A DNA stretch of 64,000 bases from the sequence record MF327008, one strand, 5' to 3'. The stretch's first letter is position 1, and each line of letters opens with the position of its first letter. Below are positions 29,711 to 39,362 of this stretch, piece by piece. The notes beneath the pieces were generated by a model. It did no database searches and was not told the origin of the DNA. It saw only the letters and a list, made by a program, of their open reading frames with translations. Origin of the DNA: Shigella phage Sf24. The translations under genes were made by a program, and so were the position numbers.

Positions 29711-31888
29711 TTAGGCCGCAAGGGCCTTCATAGTTTTAGCGATTTGGGAAACTTCATCATCACTTAAAGAGCTGCGATATCCGATGAAGTCGGAAACAAT
29801 ACGGAATTTCTTGGTAAACTCAGCAACCATTTTATCACTGTTTTTTGAAGCATTATTTGATAATACATCAAAAAGATTAGTTACTGTCCAGATGTCATGA
29901 CCGATGGTATCTTTTCCACCGTTGAAATATACACCCTGTAATGAACTAACCATATTAGCGAGTCGTGTATATTCTTCAGAAACTTCATCTACACTGAAGT
30001 ACTTCATCATAAAATCTAGCTCAGGATACTTGATAATTTTATCAATATATCGTTTAGCTGAACTTGAATAACCTACGTACTTATCATAATCTACATCATC
30101 AAAAGCATCTACATATAAATCACGCAAAGCTTCAAAAATACATTGGCACTGACCGAGTTCTTTTACCTTTTTCTGTAAAAGCGGACGAATAACATAAAAT
30201 TCATTAATGCCAATAAGATTAGCCATACGAATCAAAATATTCATAGATGGATGACAAAGCGATGTAGTACCATCCATAGAGAAAATATCAGAACGATGCA
30301 TATACGCTACATAACCAGTAATTTCATCTGCTTCTGATGTGAGCGTAAATAGTTCCTCTTTTTCCCAGCGTCCGTCTTTAATTTCAAACTTAAATGCTGT
30401 AGCAGCTTTAGGACGAGGAGCTTTACTTTTAACTACCTTTGGAATATAACTTTTAACCAAAGCTTCAATTTCTGACAAATAGTGAATGTTAACTTCATCA
30501 CTTTCAAACATTGCCATAATATCAGGTAGTAAATCAATCTGCGATTCTACTTCCGGATTAATAAACAGAAGACGCTCATTGTGATGAATATTCAAAGTGT
30601 TATTAAATTCACTATCATCTAGCGCATGTGCTAATCCACGGACAATATTAACACGATTTTTAATATTATCAATAACGATATTAATTTTTGTTGTATTAAT
30701 ACCAAACAGACGATAACTTGATGCAACGGCTGAAGTTTCATGACTTTGCTTAATGCGTTTCAGTCGAGGGTCAAGATTTACTTCATACACCACGCCTGCA
30801 TTACATAACTTACTGTCAGGTTCAAACATGCTCTGCATCTTCTTATATGACAGATTTTTAGTCGTGAATTTGACTGAATTACTAATCATATAATCTCGAG
30901 CAGAATAGCCCATTTTCATTAACTCGCGATACGTATGGCGAGGAGATGTAGATTCTTTAAATCGTTTTACATCTTCATTAAATGCTTTCTCACTAAGCTC
31001 TTTAACTCGTTCAATAATATTTTTACGAGTACGATCATCCAATGAAAGAGCTTCACGTGATGGAGCAATATCAAGTGAACCCATTGGAAACTTAATGTAA
31101 TTTACTTCATTGCGAATGCTTAGCCAGTTACGGTCTCTAATAACACCATCGATAGGATAAACAATACCGCCATAGATAGCATATAATCCACCACGATCAG
31201 GCCAGTATCTTTCTGGATTTACACCGTAATAGTCATCAAAATCCGGAAAATAATCAATTTCGCGGTCAAGACCATTAATGATAGCTAAATCTTTGAAAGG
31301 TCGCATGATATAAGAAACTTCATAAGCAAAGTTTCTAAAGTCTTTTTCTTCAACTGGAACTACGATTTCAATACCAGTTTTATCATCTGGACCCATTTCT
31401 TTTACGAATGTAGGTTTAATCTGTGGACCATCACCATCCATGTAAGCTACATAACCACGAATTTCACCTTTATGATACGAAGTAATACTAAATGTATCAG
31501 TATAACTAAACGGAGATTTAGAACCTAAACCAAATCCGCCAATGAAATCGTTAGATTCAGCCTTAGATGAACTGAAGTATGAATTATACAAACCAGGAGA
31601 ATTATCATCACCCTGAATATCAAAATCACTCATACCCGGACCAAAATCTCGGCAAACAAATCGTGGATCTAAACGTCCAGGAACTTGAATGATAAATTTT
31701 TCAGGATTTCCATTGAGAGCATGGGCATCAATCATGTTGGTAATCAATTCACGAACAACTGCGCGAATCTTATTTGTATACAAATCAGATGATAAGATTT
31801 TAAATACTTTAGGAGATGCTGTGATGCTAAATGCTTTTGATTTAGAACCATTACCAAGAATTGTTTCTTTTTCAGTGGTGATAATCAT
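29711..31888 (-). CDS. rIIA: rIIA protein, 725 aa
   Basis: ORF track; length identical to T4 rIIA; adjacent to rIIB. Confidence 0.9.
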   Translation of the reverse strand: MIITTEKETILGNGSKSKAFSITASPKVFKILSSDLYTNKIRAVVRELITNMIDAHALNGNPEKFIIQVPGRLDPRFVCRDFGPGMSDFDIQGDDNSPGLYNSYFSSSKAESNDFIGGFGLGSKSPFSYTDTFSITSYHKGEIRGYVAYMDGDGPQIKPTFVKEMGPDDKTGIEIVVPVEEKDFRNFAYEVSYIMRPFKDLAIINGLDREIDYFPDFDDYYGVNPERYWPDRGGLYAIYGGIVYPIDGVIRDRNWLSIRNEVNYIKFPMGSLDIAPSREALSLDDRTRKNIIERVKELSEKAFNEDVKRFKESTSPRHTYRELMKMGYSARDYMISNSVKFTTKNLSYKKMQSMFEPDSKLCNAGVVYEVNLDPRLKRIKQSHETSAVASSYRLFGINTTKINIVIDNIKNRVNIVRGLAHALDDSEFNNTLNIHHNERLLFINPEVESQIDLLPDIMAMFESDEVNIHYLSEIEALVKSYIPKVVKSKAPRPKAATAFKFEIKDGRWEKEELFTLTSEADEITGYVAYMHRSDIFSMDGTTSLCHPSMNILIRMANLIGINEFYVIRPLLQKKVKELGQCQCIFEALRDLYVDAFDDVDYDKYVGYSSSAKRYIDKIIKYPELDFMMKYFSVDEVSEEYTRLANMVSSLQGVYFNGGKDTIGHDIWTVTNLFDVLSNNASKNSDKMVAEFTKKFRIVSDFIGYRSSLSDDEVSQIAKTMKALAA

Positions 31889-31898
31889 AATTTCCTCA

Positions 31899-32102
31899 TT
31901 AATTCATATTACGCTTAATAACTTCAGCAACTTCTAGTAGTTCGTCTTTAGTTGCGGTGTCGGATTGAATTTTATCTCTAATATCTTTAAAGCGGTTTTT
32001 AAATTCTTCGGCTTCTCCCATATCGAAAAAGCGTTGAATGATTCTATATTCTCGATGAACTGCTTTATCAAAAAGTTCTAAATTTACTCTATATGATTTC
32101 AT
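31899..32102 (-). CDS. Hypothetical protein, 67 aa
   Basis: ORF track; T4 rIIA.1 position. Confidence 0.45.
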   Translation of the reverse strand: MKSYRVNLELFDKAVHREYRIIQRFFDMGEAEEFKNRFKDIRDKIQSDTATKDELLEVAEVIKRNMN

Positions 32103-32119
32103 TTCAATATCCTCATTTG

Positions 32120-32160
32120 CCCAATTAATTATACCACATCCTTGTGGTAAAGTAAACTAC
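32120..32160 (-). promoter_or_regulatory. Early promoter inside the 3' end of gene 39
   Basis: Minus strand TTTACT - 17 bp - TATAAT, followed by GAGGA RBS and ATG of the 67-aa ORF. Confidence 0.55.
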
Positions 32161-33977
32161 TGGCTCATCCATTCTTTACGAAGATCAGCATTATCTCCCA
32201 TGAGCATTTCAAAAAGCTCTTTCCAATTCTCAGGAAGTTTAACAACATCATATACTGGATTTTGAATCATCTCACGATATTCAGATTTTTCCAAAGAGCC
32301 AAGTCCTTTAATATAACGGATGCTATGTTTAGGTAGAGCATTTTTGGCACTCTCATATTCAGCGACTGTATAAAACCATTCTTGTTTTTTACCGACCTGA
32401 GCGATGATTACAGGAGTTTTGACAAAGCGAATTCGTCCTTGCTCAAACAGTTCTGGCCAATTACTAAAAAATCCAAGAAGAGAAGGATAAATGCTTCCTA
32501 AACCATCATGGTCAGCATCGGTCATAATAGCAATATTATGATAATTCAAGTTTTCAGCTTTTTCACCAAGAACTAATCCAGTGATTGCGCAAATATCAAA
32601 TAGTTCTTTGTTTTTAAGCATATCAGCATATGACATACCCCAACTGTTGAGAACTTTACCGCGCAATGGATAACCACCATGAAGTTCTTTATCACGAACA
32701 TCAATAAGATATCCGATAGCAGAATCACCCTCAGTCAAGAAAAGAGTAGTGTCAGCATCTTTACCACAAAGATTCGCTTTGATATGTTTATGAACCTTAG
32801 CTTTAGAAGCCTTTTTAGCTGCTTTAGTTTCTGCTGCTTTTTCTGCCGCCAATTTACGAGCCAACGCAGCTTCAATAATTGGCATTAAAATTGCTTCATT
32901 ATTTAGAATAGCGCGTGAAATCTTTTTAGCATCAAGCTGAATATGACTACGAATTTCGCCAAATGGAGAAGTCAAACGCTCTTTAGTTTGAGAATCAAAT
33001 CGCATGTTTTTCATATCACGAACAAACATAACGATAGTCAAACATTCTTTGACACGTGCTTTAGTTACATCAATTTTGAACTTACGTTTGATTTGTGGAA
33101 TAAGGTCTTCACAAATATCATCCATAACACAGTCAATGTGATGGCCACCATTCTTAGTGTGAATGTTATTCACATAAGTTAATTGACGAAATCCATCCGG
33201 TGAACGACCAACAGCAATAGAACAATTTTCTTGTTCTTGAACGATAGCATGTTCATCATACTGTCGTGCATATTTCTTAAAATTGCCCTGAACCTTTTTA
33301 CCATTAAAGGTAAATTGAATATCAGGATAAACTACTGCAAGTGTCTGGAGACGATCGAGTGTAATGTCAAGATAAACCTGAGATAGCTCATTAGTTTCAA
33401 ATGACATAAAATCAGGAATGAAAGTAACACGAGTTCCTTTCCATTTTCCAGGAATATCTTCCCATGATTTATTTTCCATGCCGTTTGAACAACGAACTAC
33501 AATATTATTTTGACCATCACCAGTTTCACCAACAAACATCACAGAAAAAATGTTTGTCAAACTAGAACCAACACCGTTCATACCGCCGGTGACGCGTTCT
33601 TTATCATCACCGAAGTTACCACCTGCTTTTGGAATAGTCCATGCAGCAACAGGACCAGGAATTTCTTCACCGGTAGGTGTTTTAACCATCGCTTGTGGAA
33701 TACCACGACCGTTATCTTCAACTGTTACTTGATTATTTTTAATAGTAACATTAATTTTATTTGCGAATTTAAACTTAGTACGAATACCTTCATCTACTGA
33801 GTTATCAATAATTTCATCAATAAGCTTAACAAGACCAGGTACATACTGAACACTTTCCCATTTACCAAACAGAAAGCGCTCATGCATTTCATTAGCTGAA
33901 GAGCCAATGTACATGCCACTACGCTTTTTGATATGTTCAATATCGCTCAGAATTTTAATTTCATTCTTAATCATCAC
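32157..33977 (-). CDS. 39: DNA topoisomerase II large subunit (GyrB-like), single 606-aa ORF
   Basis: ORF track; MIKNEIKILSDIEHIKKRSGMYIGS N-terminus, GHKL ATPase and Toprim regions; C-terminus ends ...DNADLRKEWMSQ. Confidence 0.9.
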   Translation of the reverse strand: MMIKNEIKILSDIEHIKKRSGMYIGSSANEMHERFLFGKWESVQYVPGLVKLIDEIIDNSVDEGIRTKFKFANKINVTIKNNQVTVEDNGRGIPQAMVKTPTGEEIPGPVAAWTIPKAGGNFGDDKERVTGGMNGVGSSLTNIFSVMFVGETGDGQNNIVVRCSNGMENKSWEDIPGKWKGTRVTFIPDFMSFETNELSQVYLDITLDRLQTLAVVYPDIQFTFNGKKVQGNFKKYARQYDEHAIVQEQENCSIAVGRSPDGFRQLTYVNNIHTKNGGHHIDCVMDDICEDLIPQIKRKFKIDVTKARVKECLTIVMFVRDMKNMRFDSQTKERLTSPFGEIRSHIQLDAKKISRAILNNEAILMPIIEAALARKLAAEKAAETKAAKKASKAKVHKHIKANLCGKDADTTLFLTEGDSAIGYLIDVRDKELHGGYPLRGKVLNSWGMSYADMLKNKELFDICAITGLVLGEKAENLNYHNIAIMTDADHDGLGSIYPSLLGFFSNWPELFEQGRIRFVKTPVIIAQVGKKQEWFYTVAEYESAKNALPKHSIRYIKGLGSLEKSEYREMIQNPVYDVVKLPENWKELFEMLMGDNADLRKEWMSQ

Positions 33978-34001
33978 TTATCCTCGTTTGGTTTCGGGAA
34001 T

Positions 34002-34028
34002 ATTATACTCCGGTAGTCATAAAGCTAA
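34002..34028 (-). promoter_or_regulatory. Candidate MotA-dependent middle promoter for gene 39
   Basis: Minus strand TTAGCTTTA (near MotA box) - 12 bp - TATAAT upstream of the gene 39 start. Confidence 0.4.
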
Positions 34029-34043
34029 AGGCCCGAAGGCCTT

Positions 34044-34313
34044 TTATTTAAAACGAATAGTTGAATCCTTAAAGAACAGCCCAGAACATACTGTTCCTTC
34101 TACTTTCTGCCCAGTAGGTCCAACAGCACGAAATCCAGTGTGTTGGAAATCATTTTCAGAGCAACCGAACCAGTTATATCCAGTGATTTCAATATTAGTA
34201 AAACCACTTGAAGACAAAACTTTAGTTGCATTATCAGCATCAGTACATCCTACTAAAGATACTGCTAATACTAATGCTGCAATAGAACGATTAATATATT
34301 TCATAATTTTCAC
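34044..34313 (-). CDS. Putative lipoprotein, 89 aa
   Basis: ORF track; signal peptide with lipobox LVGC. Confidence 0.5.
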   Translation of the reverse strand: MKIMKYINRSIAALVLAVSLVGCTDADNATKVLSSSGFTNIEITGYNWFGCSENDFQHTGFRAVGPTGQKVEGTVCSGLFFKDSTIRFK

Positions 34314-34681
34314 TTAAATTTAATGGCTTGAAGGAGACTAATAACTCTCAAACGACTTCTTTCATCTTTAACTGTAAAAGAAAGAGGGTCACCAGATTTC
34401 ATAGTAATAGTACATTCAAAATCAAAATCTTCTGTGACTTCTTCGAAGAAGTCAAATTCTTCATCATAAATTAGAACACTACTTTGCAGACTGTGAAGAG
34501 TTTTTCCAGCATTTCCAGATGCTGTACCAATCATTGTAACATTATGACCTTTCATATCTTCAACGATAAATTCACTAGTCAATATTACAGCATTAATAGA
34601 ACTATTCCTATTACTAGCAGAAAGTAGATATTTCTGTTCTTCACCTTCACAAATGCGATATTTCTTACCAATTTTAAACAT
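34310..34681 (-). CDS. Hypothetical protein, 123 aa
   Basis: ORF track. Confidence 0.45.
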   Translation of the reverse strand: MFKIGKKYRICEGEEQKYLLSASNRNSSINAVILTSEFIVEDMKGHNVTMIGTASGNAGKTLHSLQSSVLIYDEEFDFFEEVTEDFDFECTITMKSGDPLSFTVKDERSRLRVISLLQAIKFK

Positions 34682-34683
34682 AA

Positions 34684-34860
34684 TTACCCTTTAAGTAAGT
34701 CGTAAAAACCACCATTCACATGCTTAGGAGCAGAAGGCCGACGAGTAGACAAACGGTGACATTTAGGGCAAACATCATTTTCTCGTTCAGAAATCTTTTT
34801 AATTTTTTCATATTCATGCCCGCAATCTTCGGATTGGCATTTATAATCATACATTGGCAT
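34684..34860 (-). CDS. Small zinc-ribbon protein, 58 aa
   Basis: Hand-translated MPMYDYKCQSEDCGHEYEKIKKISERENDVCPKCHRL...; CxxxxC ... CxxC arrangement (FmdB-like); below ORF-track cut-off. Confidence 0.4.
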   Translation of the reverse strand: MPMYDYKCQSEDCGHEYEKIKKISERENDVCPKCHRLSTRRPSAPKHVNGGFYDLLKG

Positions 34861-34862
34861 AA

Positions 34863-35288
34863 TTATTCCTTAAAGTGTGCTTTCAGCATTTGATACAAGG
34901 ACCATGCCTGTTCATTATTTTCAATAGTAACTTTCATGACTGGGAATTCTGTGAAATCTTCTATTTGTTCTTGCTCTTGCTCTTCCTGCTCTTGCTCTTC
35001 AACTGCCTGATATGGATTTTCCACTTCATCAAAGAACCCAGCTTCGTTAGTAGAAAGCCAGATAAAGTTTTCGTCAAGGATATCACCATGTGTTGCATAT
35101 CCAACTGTGCCAGTAGATGTCACAATTTTAGTAGGACGACCAAGATGGTCAACATCTAAAATTTTAAAAGGATGCATACCTAAACGGCGTGCATAGATTC
35201 CGTTATCAGTATGGTCTTTAATAAAATTTTCTTGAGCTTGTTTATTTTTAAATTGATACCATTTATTAACTTCAAATTTAATAGCCAT
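34863..35288 (-). CDS. Hypothetical protein, 141 aa, with acidic EQ repeat tract
   Basis: ORF track; size/position suggest T4 goF but not verified. Confidence 0.45.
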   Translation of the reverse strand: MAIKFEVNKWYQFKNKQAQENFIKDHTDNGIYARRLGMHPFKILDVDHLGRPTKIVTSTGTVGYATHGDILDENFIWLSTNEAGFFDEVENPYQAVEEQEQEEQEQEQIEDFTEFPVMKVTIENNEQAWSLYQMLKAHFKE

Positions 35289-35503
35289 TAATAAATTTCC
35301 TTCCAGTAAGTTGTACCGTCTTCAGTGATTTCACGGAATACACCATAAATCGGTTGTTTATCACCAACCTTTTCATACACATAAACCGAAGTCAAGTGAG
35401 TAAACTTAACGGTATGTTCCTTTTGAACTACTACCAAATCTGGATCGAATAATACATCTTCAAATTCGTCATTAGTGCAGTTCTGAACAATTTTACGTTT
35501 CAT
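35288..35503 (-). CDS. Hypothetical protein, 71 aa
   Basis: ORF track; size/position suggest T4 cef but not verified. Confidence 0.4.
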   Translation of the reverse strand: MKRKIVQNCTNDEFEDVLFDPDLVVVQKEHTVKFTHLTSVYVYEKVGDKQPIYGVFREITEDGTTYWKEIY

Positions 35504-35516
35504 TACAATTTCCTCA

Positions 35517-35798
35517 TTAATTGAACAGTGGAGCGATGCGTTTCAGAAGAGTAGCAGCACCTTTGGCAAATTTTACATCATGAAAAACAGTTTCTTCTTC
35601 CGTTACAACACGAGCTTTAATGTTTTCACAATCCCAATTTTTGCGAACAATCTTCAAAAGCTGCAGTAAATCTTTACATTCAGCAATATCGATAACACAT
35701 CCACGAGGATCTTCCATTATCGCACGATAACCGTAAGCCATACCATAATCATTGAAAGATTGCTCGATGATAATTAAATTTTCCATTTTATTCTCCAA
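35517..35798 (-). CDS. Hypothetical protein, 93 aa
   Basis: ORF track. Confidence 0.4.
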   Translation of the reverse strand: MENKMENLIIIEQSFNDYGMAYGYRAIMEDPRGCVIDIAECKDLLQLLKIVRKNWDCENIKARVVTEEETVFHDVKFAKGAATLLKRIAPLFN

Positions 35799-35809
35799 GT
35801 TGTTTTCTG

Positions 35810-35880
35810 TATCAGTAGTTGATATTGATATAGTACCATAATCAACTACTGATGTATATAGTTTTATGAAAAAATTTTAA
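35810..35880 (-). promoter_or_regulatory. Early promoter variant with 11-bp inverted repeat
   Basis: Conserved TGGTACTATAT start block and A/T UP element; CAGTAGTTGAT ... ATCAACTACTG palindrome flanks the -10. Confidence 0.45.
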
Positions 35881-35893
35881 ACTTTATGCAAAT

Positions 35894-36313
35894 TTATGCT
35901 AAAGCTGCTTCGCACCATTTTTTAATTTGGAATTCAGGAACTACCATGAACTGGCCTGCAAAAACAATATTGTAGAGCTTGACACCATCTTCTACCCAAC
36001 GGTCCGAAATAAAACCAGCGACTTGATTCGTTGTCCATGGAGTTCCATCTGTTGCTGCCGCAATTGTGAATTTATGGTCTTTTACAACTAAAACTGAAGA
36101 ACAAAGTTTCCATTTAAATGCGCTTTCTTCTGGCTCAATGAATTGGCCTGAGACGTAACCAATGTTACCATCGGAGTCACGAACTTTAACCTCGTTACGA
36201 CCAAAAACTGGATCACTTACAGAAAGAACTTCAACCAACTTTCCTGCAACTTTAGAACGAGAAGCAACGGATACATATACGTAATCACCAGTAGAGAGAT
36301 TTACAATATTCAT
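35894..36313 (-). CDS. Hypothetical protein, 139 aa; paralogue family member A
   Basis: ORF track; shares N-terminal ASRSKxAGxLVEV and C-terminal WVEDGxKLYNIVFxGxFxVV motifs with the next ORF. Confidence 0.5.
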   Translation of the reverse strand: MNIVNLSTGDYVYVSVASRSKVAGKLVEVLSVSDPVFGRNEVKVRDSDGNIGYVSGQFIEPEESAFKWKLCSSVLVVKDHKFTIAAATDGTPWTTNQVAGFISDRWVEDGVKLYNIVFAGQFMVVPEFQIKKWCEAALA

Positions 36314-36325
36314 AATAATAATTCC

Positions 36326-36799
36326 TTAAGCTTTACGAGGAGAAGCATAACGAGTGATTTCAGATTCTTCAACAACCCGGAAGTCACCTAAGAATACGAT
36401 ATTGTAGAGCTTTTCACCATCTTCAACCCATTGGTCTGTGATGAAGCCACACATCCTATCAGTTTTACTTGGACCAACGAAATCATCAATATAATCGAAT
36501 TCTTCATCAGTTACAAATTCAACGCCTTTACACAACGCCCATTTAAATTGTGCATTAGACTCAGTGGATTCAACTTCTTCAACAGAAGCAAAATGAGAGC
36601 TAACACGAGTTTCCAGAAATTTAGGACTTACGTAAGCGTACTGAGTTTCAGTTTTTCCAGAACTAGGAATGATTCGAACTTTAACTTCTTTAACACGACC
36701 AGTACCATTAGTACGAAGTCCTACCACTTCAACTAGACGACCTGCAGCTTTAGAACGAGATGCAGATGATACACGCTTAATTTCACCGATAGTAATCAT
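36326..36799 (-). CDS. Hypothetical protein, 157 aa; paralogue family member B
   Basis: ORF track; same motifs as 35894..36313. Confidence 0.5.
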   Translation of the reverse strand: MITIGEIKRVSSASRSKAAGRLVEVVGLRTNGTGRVKEVKVRIIPSSGKTETQYAYVSPKFLETRVSSHFASVEEVESTESNAQFKWALCKGVEFVTDEEFDYIDDFVGPSKTDRMCGFITDQWVEDGEKLYNIVFLGDFRVVEESEITRYASPRKA

Positions 36800-36834
36800 A
36801 ATTTTTCTCTCTTTGTTGTTAAGATTTATTCTCC

Positions 36835-36872
36835 ATGAGAGCCATTATAACAGGCTCTCTATAAAGTAAACT
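36835..36872 (-). promoter_or_regulatory. Early promoter with hairpin over the -10 region
   Basis: Minus strand GTTTAC ... TATAAT; GAGAGCC/GGCTCTC inverted repeat embraces the -10. Confidence 0.45.
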
Positions 36873-37366
36873 TAATTAAGGATATTAATTACTGCACTAC
36901 GTGGAACTACACTAAAATCACCTGCATGAACAACGTTCAGAAGTTCAACACCGTCTTCAATCCACTGATCAGTTACCCATCCACTCACTGGACCTGCGAA
37001 CGGACGTCGAATTGAAACAGCTTTACACAACAAATCAGTAGGCTCAATAGGCTTAACCAGAGTACCGTACATACAAGCGATATCCATATCAATACAGATG
37101 TCTTTAACGGGTTCTACTTCTTCAATCAACAGTTCAAAGTCGGTGCTTGGAAGGGCGGTAGTAGAAATTGTACCGTATGAATTTTTAATTTCTAAGAATA
37201 ACCAAGGGCCTTCAGCTTGTTTGATGAAGTTAACAATAGTGAAACTATTACCTTGAGTGGCGCCTAAAATTTCACAAAACTTTTCATAAGCTCGCACTGA
37301 AGCACCATACCAGTTGATTTGCTTTTCGTCTTTCAGGATGTAAGTAGCTGTAGTACTGATATTCAT
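36872..37366 (-). CDS. Hypothetical protein, 164 aa; paralogue family member C (C-terminal domain only)
   Basis: ORF track; C-terminal WIEDGVELLNVVHAGDFSVV matches the motif of the two preceding ORFs. Confidence 0.5.
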   Translation of the reverse strand: MNISTTATYILKDEKQINWYGASVRAYEKFCEILGATQGNSFTIVNFIKQAEGPWLFLEIKNSYGTISTTALPSTDFELLIEEVEPVKDICIDMDIACMYGTLVKPIEPTDLLCKAVSIRRPFAGPVSGWVTDQWIEDGVELLNVVHAGDFSVVPRSAVINILN

Positions 37367-37378
37367 GATGTTTTCCCC

Positions 37379-37882
37379 TTAATCTAAGGTAATAAAGCCT
37401 TTTAATTCGGCATGTGACTTGCGGAACATTACTTGATGACCGCCAATGATAACTTGGTCATCAGGTACTTCGTATACAGCGAGATAAAATCCTTTAGAAG
37501 CTAATTCTTCACGCTCTTCTCGTGTGAACCATCTCATCATATCATATTCGCTAGCGAAAGCAAAATGATAAAGAGCTATAAACCATCCTGGAATATAGTG
37601 ATCTACGCCTACATATTCTTCTTTCTCAAAATTAGTATTAATTGCTATATTAGCATTTTTAACTAATAATTTGTCTTCATGCGGCACAGGAATTCTTTTA
37701 TTATCATTACTATGATGCATAAAATTGGGTCTGTCATAACCTACGCGTAATAACCACTCTTCACTCCATGAATCTATTATACTCCTGTACGGAGTTATTT
37801 GAACACAAAGATCTCGACGTATTGTTATAGCATCTTCATAATTAAGAATACTAAACGATGATTCAACACGATAAATTTTCAT
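37379..37882 (-). CDS. Hypothetical protein, ~167 aa; start reassigned to Met with GAGGA RBS
   Basis: ORF track ORF 37379..37921 starts inside the promoter; Met at 37882 has a Shine-Dalgarno. Confidence 0.45.
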   Translation of the reverse strand: MKIYRVESSFSILNYEDAITIRRDLCVQITPYRSIIDSWSEEWLLRVGYDRPNFMHHSNDNKRIPVPHEDKLLVKNANIAINTNFEKEEYVGVDHYIPGWFIALYHFAFASEYDMMRWFTREEREELASKGFYLAVYEVPDDQVIIGGHQVMFRKSHAELKGFITLD

Positions 37883-37894
37883 TTTATTATCCTC

Positions 37895-37950
37895 AGTAGC
37901 TATGGTGTTATAGTACCACAACTAACCGAGGAAGTAAACAACTTTTTATC
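37895..37950 (-). promoter_or_regulatory. T4-type early promoter
   Basis: Minus strand TTTACT - 17 bp - TACTAT. Confidence 0.55.
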
Positions 37951-38629
37951 GTTTTGTTGGAAGAGATAGAGGATCGCAATCTTCCTCTGATGGAGCATCT
38001 TCAAGACCCATAGCATATCGCAAAGCGTACTTCATCATCAGGATGTCTTTCGCACAGTCATGAATAGAATCATGTGCAACGAATCCATCTAAAGTTCCCT
38101 TTGGAAGAGGACATGTGGTCATATCACGAACAAGCAGAAGTGCTTCAATTCTGGTACGAATATCACGCTGATTCCAAAATTTACAAGGTTCTAACTTAAA
38201 TGTATCAAGCTCATTCTCGGAAACGCCGTTAAGACGTTGAATATCGCGAATGAGATCGACTAAAATTGGAAAATCAAACGACATTCCACGGCACCAGCCT
38301 TGAGATTTCCAAGGATCGATATTATGCGCATTGATGTAATCATTAAATTTTGCAATACCATCGATAGTGCTTACATCTTCATCTGATGGCGCAATATTTT
38401 TTCGAGCTTCAGGAGATTGATTCTTCCACCATTCGATAGTGCTTTTAGTAAAAAGACGATGTCCTTTTTGGCTTTTTAAATCAAATTTGATTTTAATGCC
38501 ACGTGAAACTAATTCATCAAATGTTTCAACGACTTCTGGATTAGGGTCAAAAGCAATTACAGCCAAATCAATAACAGCTGCTTTTTCACCGCTTCCCATT
38601 GTTTCAAAATCTATAATAAAATCAAACAT
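37946..38629 (-). CDS. dexA: Exonuclease A (DnaQ-like 3'-5' exonuclease), 227 aa
   Basis: ORF track; MFDFIIDFETMGSGEK (DEDD exo I motif) and HDSIHDC (exo III); size as in T4 DexA. Confidence 0.85.
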   Translation of the reverse strand: MFDFIIDFETMGSGEKAAVIDLAVIAFDPNPEVVETFDELVSRGIKIKFDLKSQKGHRLFTKSTIEWWKNQSPEARKNIAPSDEDVSTIDGIAKFNDYINAHNIDPWKSQGWCRGMSFDFPILVDLIRDIQRLNGVSENELDTFKLEPCKFWNQRDIRTRIEALLLVRDMTTCPLPKGTLDGFVAHDSIHDCAKDILMMKYALRYAMGLEDAPSEEDCDPLSLPTKR

Positions 38630-38904
38630 TAAATTTTCCTTGCTAAATCGCGAATTTGACCTACAGTATAATCTTGGATATAAACTTTATTAATAGGCTC
38701 ATCAATAAATTTTGCCATAGATTCAATATCTTTTTGTATCTCTTCAAGACTGTATACTATCTTTAAAGCTTTTTCGCGAATAGTAATATTTTCAGGACTA
38801 GAATTTTCCTCAATGACAGCTTTAACATTTGTCATAAGAGATTTAAACTGATGCAAACTTAATTCAATCATTAATAACCGCCTTATAAAGATGGCTAATT
38901 TCAC
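38629..38904 (-). CDS. Hypothetical protein, 91 aa
   Basis: ORF track. Confidence 0.4.
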   Translation of the reverse strand: MKLAIFIRRLLMIELSLHQFKSLMTNVKAVIEENSSPENITIREKALKIVYSLEEIQKDIESMAKFIDEPINKVYIQDYTVGQIRDLARKI

Positions 38905-39124
38905 CTAAAACATAATCACTGATTGTGACAGTTTTCACTTCACCACAAAAGAATTCTAACGCAATTAAATCTCGTTCAATTTCTTCTAATTGAAGCATTA
39001 ACTTGCCAGATTCAATTTTTACATTTCTACGATTTTTACTATAAGCTATTTCATAAATTTCGCTCACTTTATCTTGAAGCAGATAAAACTGGTCTTTAGT
39101 TATTTCCACGAATAGCTTCCTCAA
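38864..39124 (-). CDS. Hypothetical protein, 86 aa
   Basis: ORF track. Confidence 0.4.
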   Translation of the reverse strand: MRKLFVEITKDQFYLLQDKVSEIYEIAYSKNRRNVKIESGKLMLQLEEIERDLIALEFFCGEVKTVTISDYVLGEISHLYKAVIND

Positions 39125-39356
39125 ATTTAATTAGTAATTTACAGACACTTTCATCTAGTGTAATTACCGTATCTGTATTACTGTGATATGATTGTTTTTC
39201 AATTCGTTTAATTGCTAATATAGTATCACTTATAAGATAAAGCTTATGAAGGAGCTCAGCTCCTGTTACCATAACATCGAGATTATCTTGCTTATTAGTA
39301 TGCTTCCTTATACCATCTATTAGACGATTTAAATATTTTGAATTGATGTTAATCAT
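39096..39356 (-). CDS. Hypothetical protein, 86 aa
   Basis: ORF track. Confidence 0.4.
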   Translation of the reverse strand: MININSKYLNRLIDGIRKHTNKQDNLDVMVTGAELLHKLYLISDTILAIKRIEKQSYHSNTDTVITLDESVCKLLIKFEEAIRGNN

Positions 39357-39362
39357 ATAGCC

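Noticed and set aside
32157-33977. Looked for the gene 60 translational bypass (50-nt hop) and a mobA-type HNH endonuclease gene
   Set aside because: The GyrB-like subunit is a single continuous ORF; there is no internal stop, gap or endonuclease ORF.
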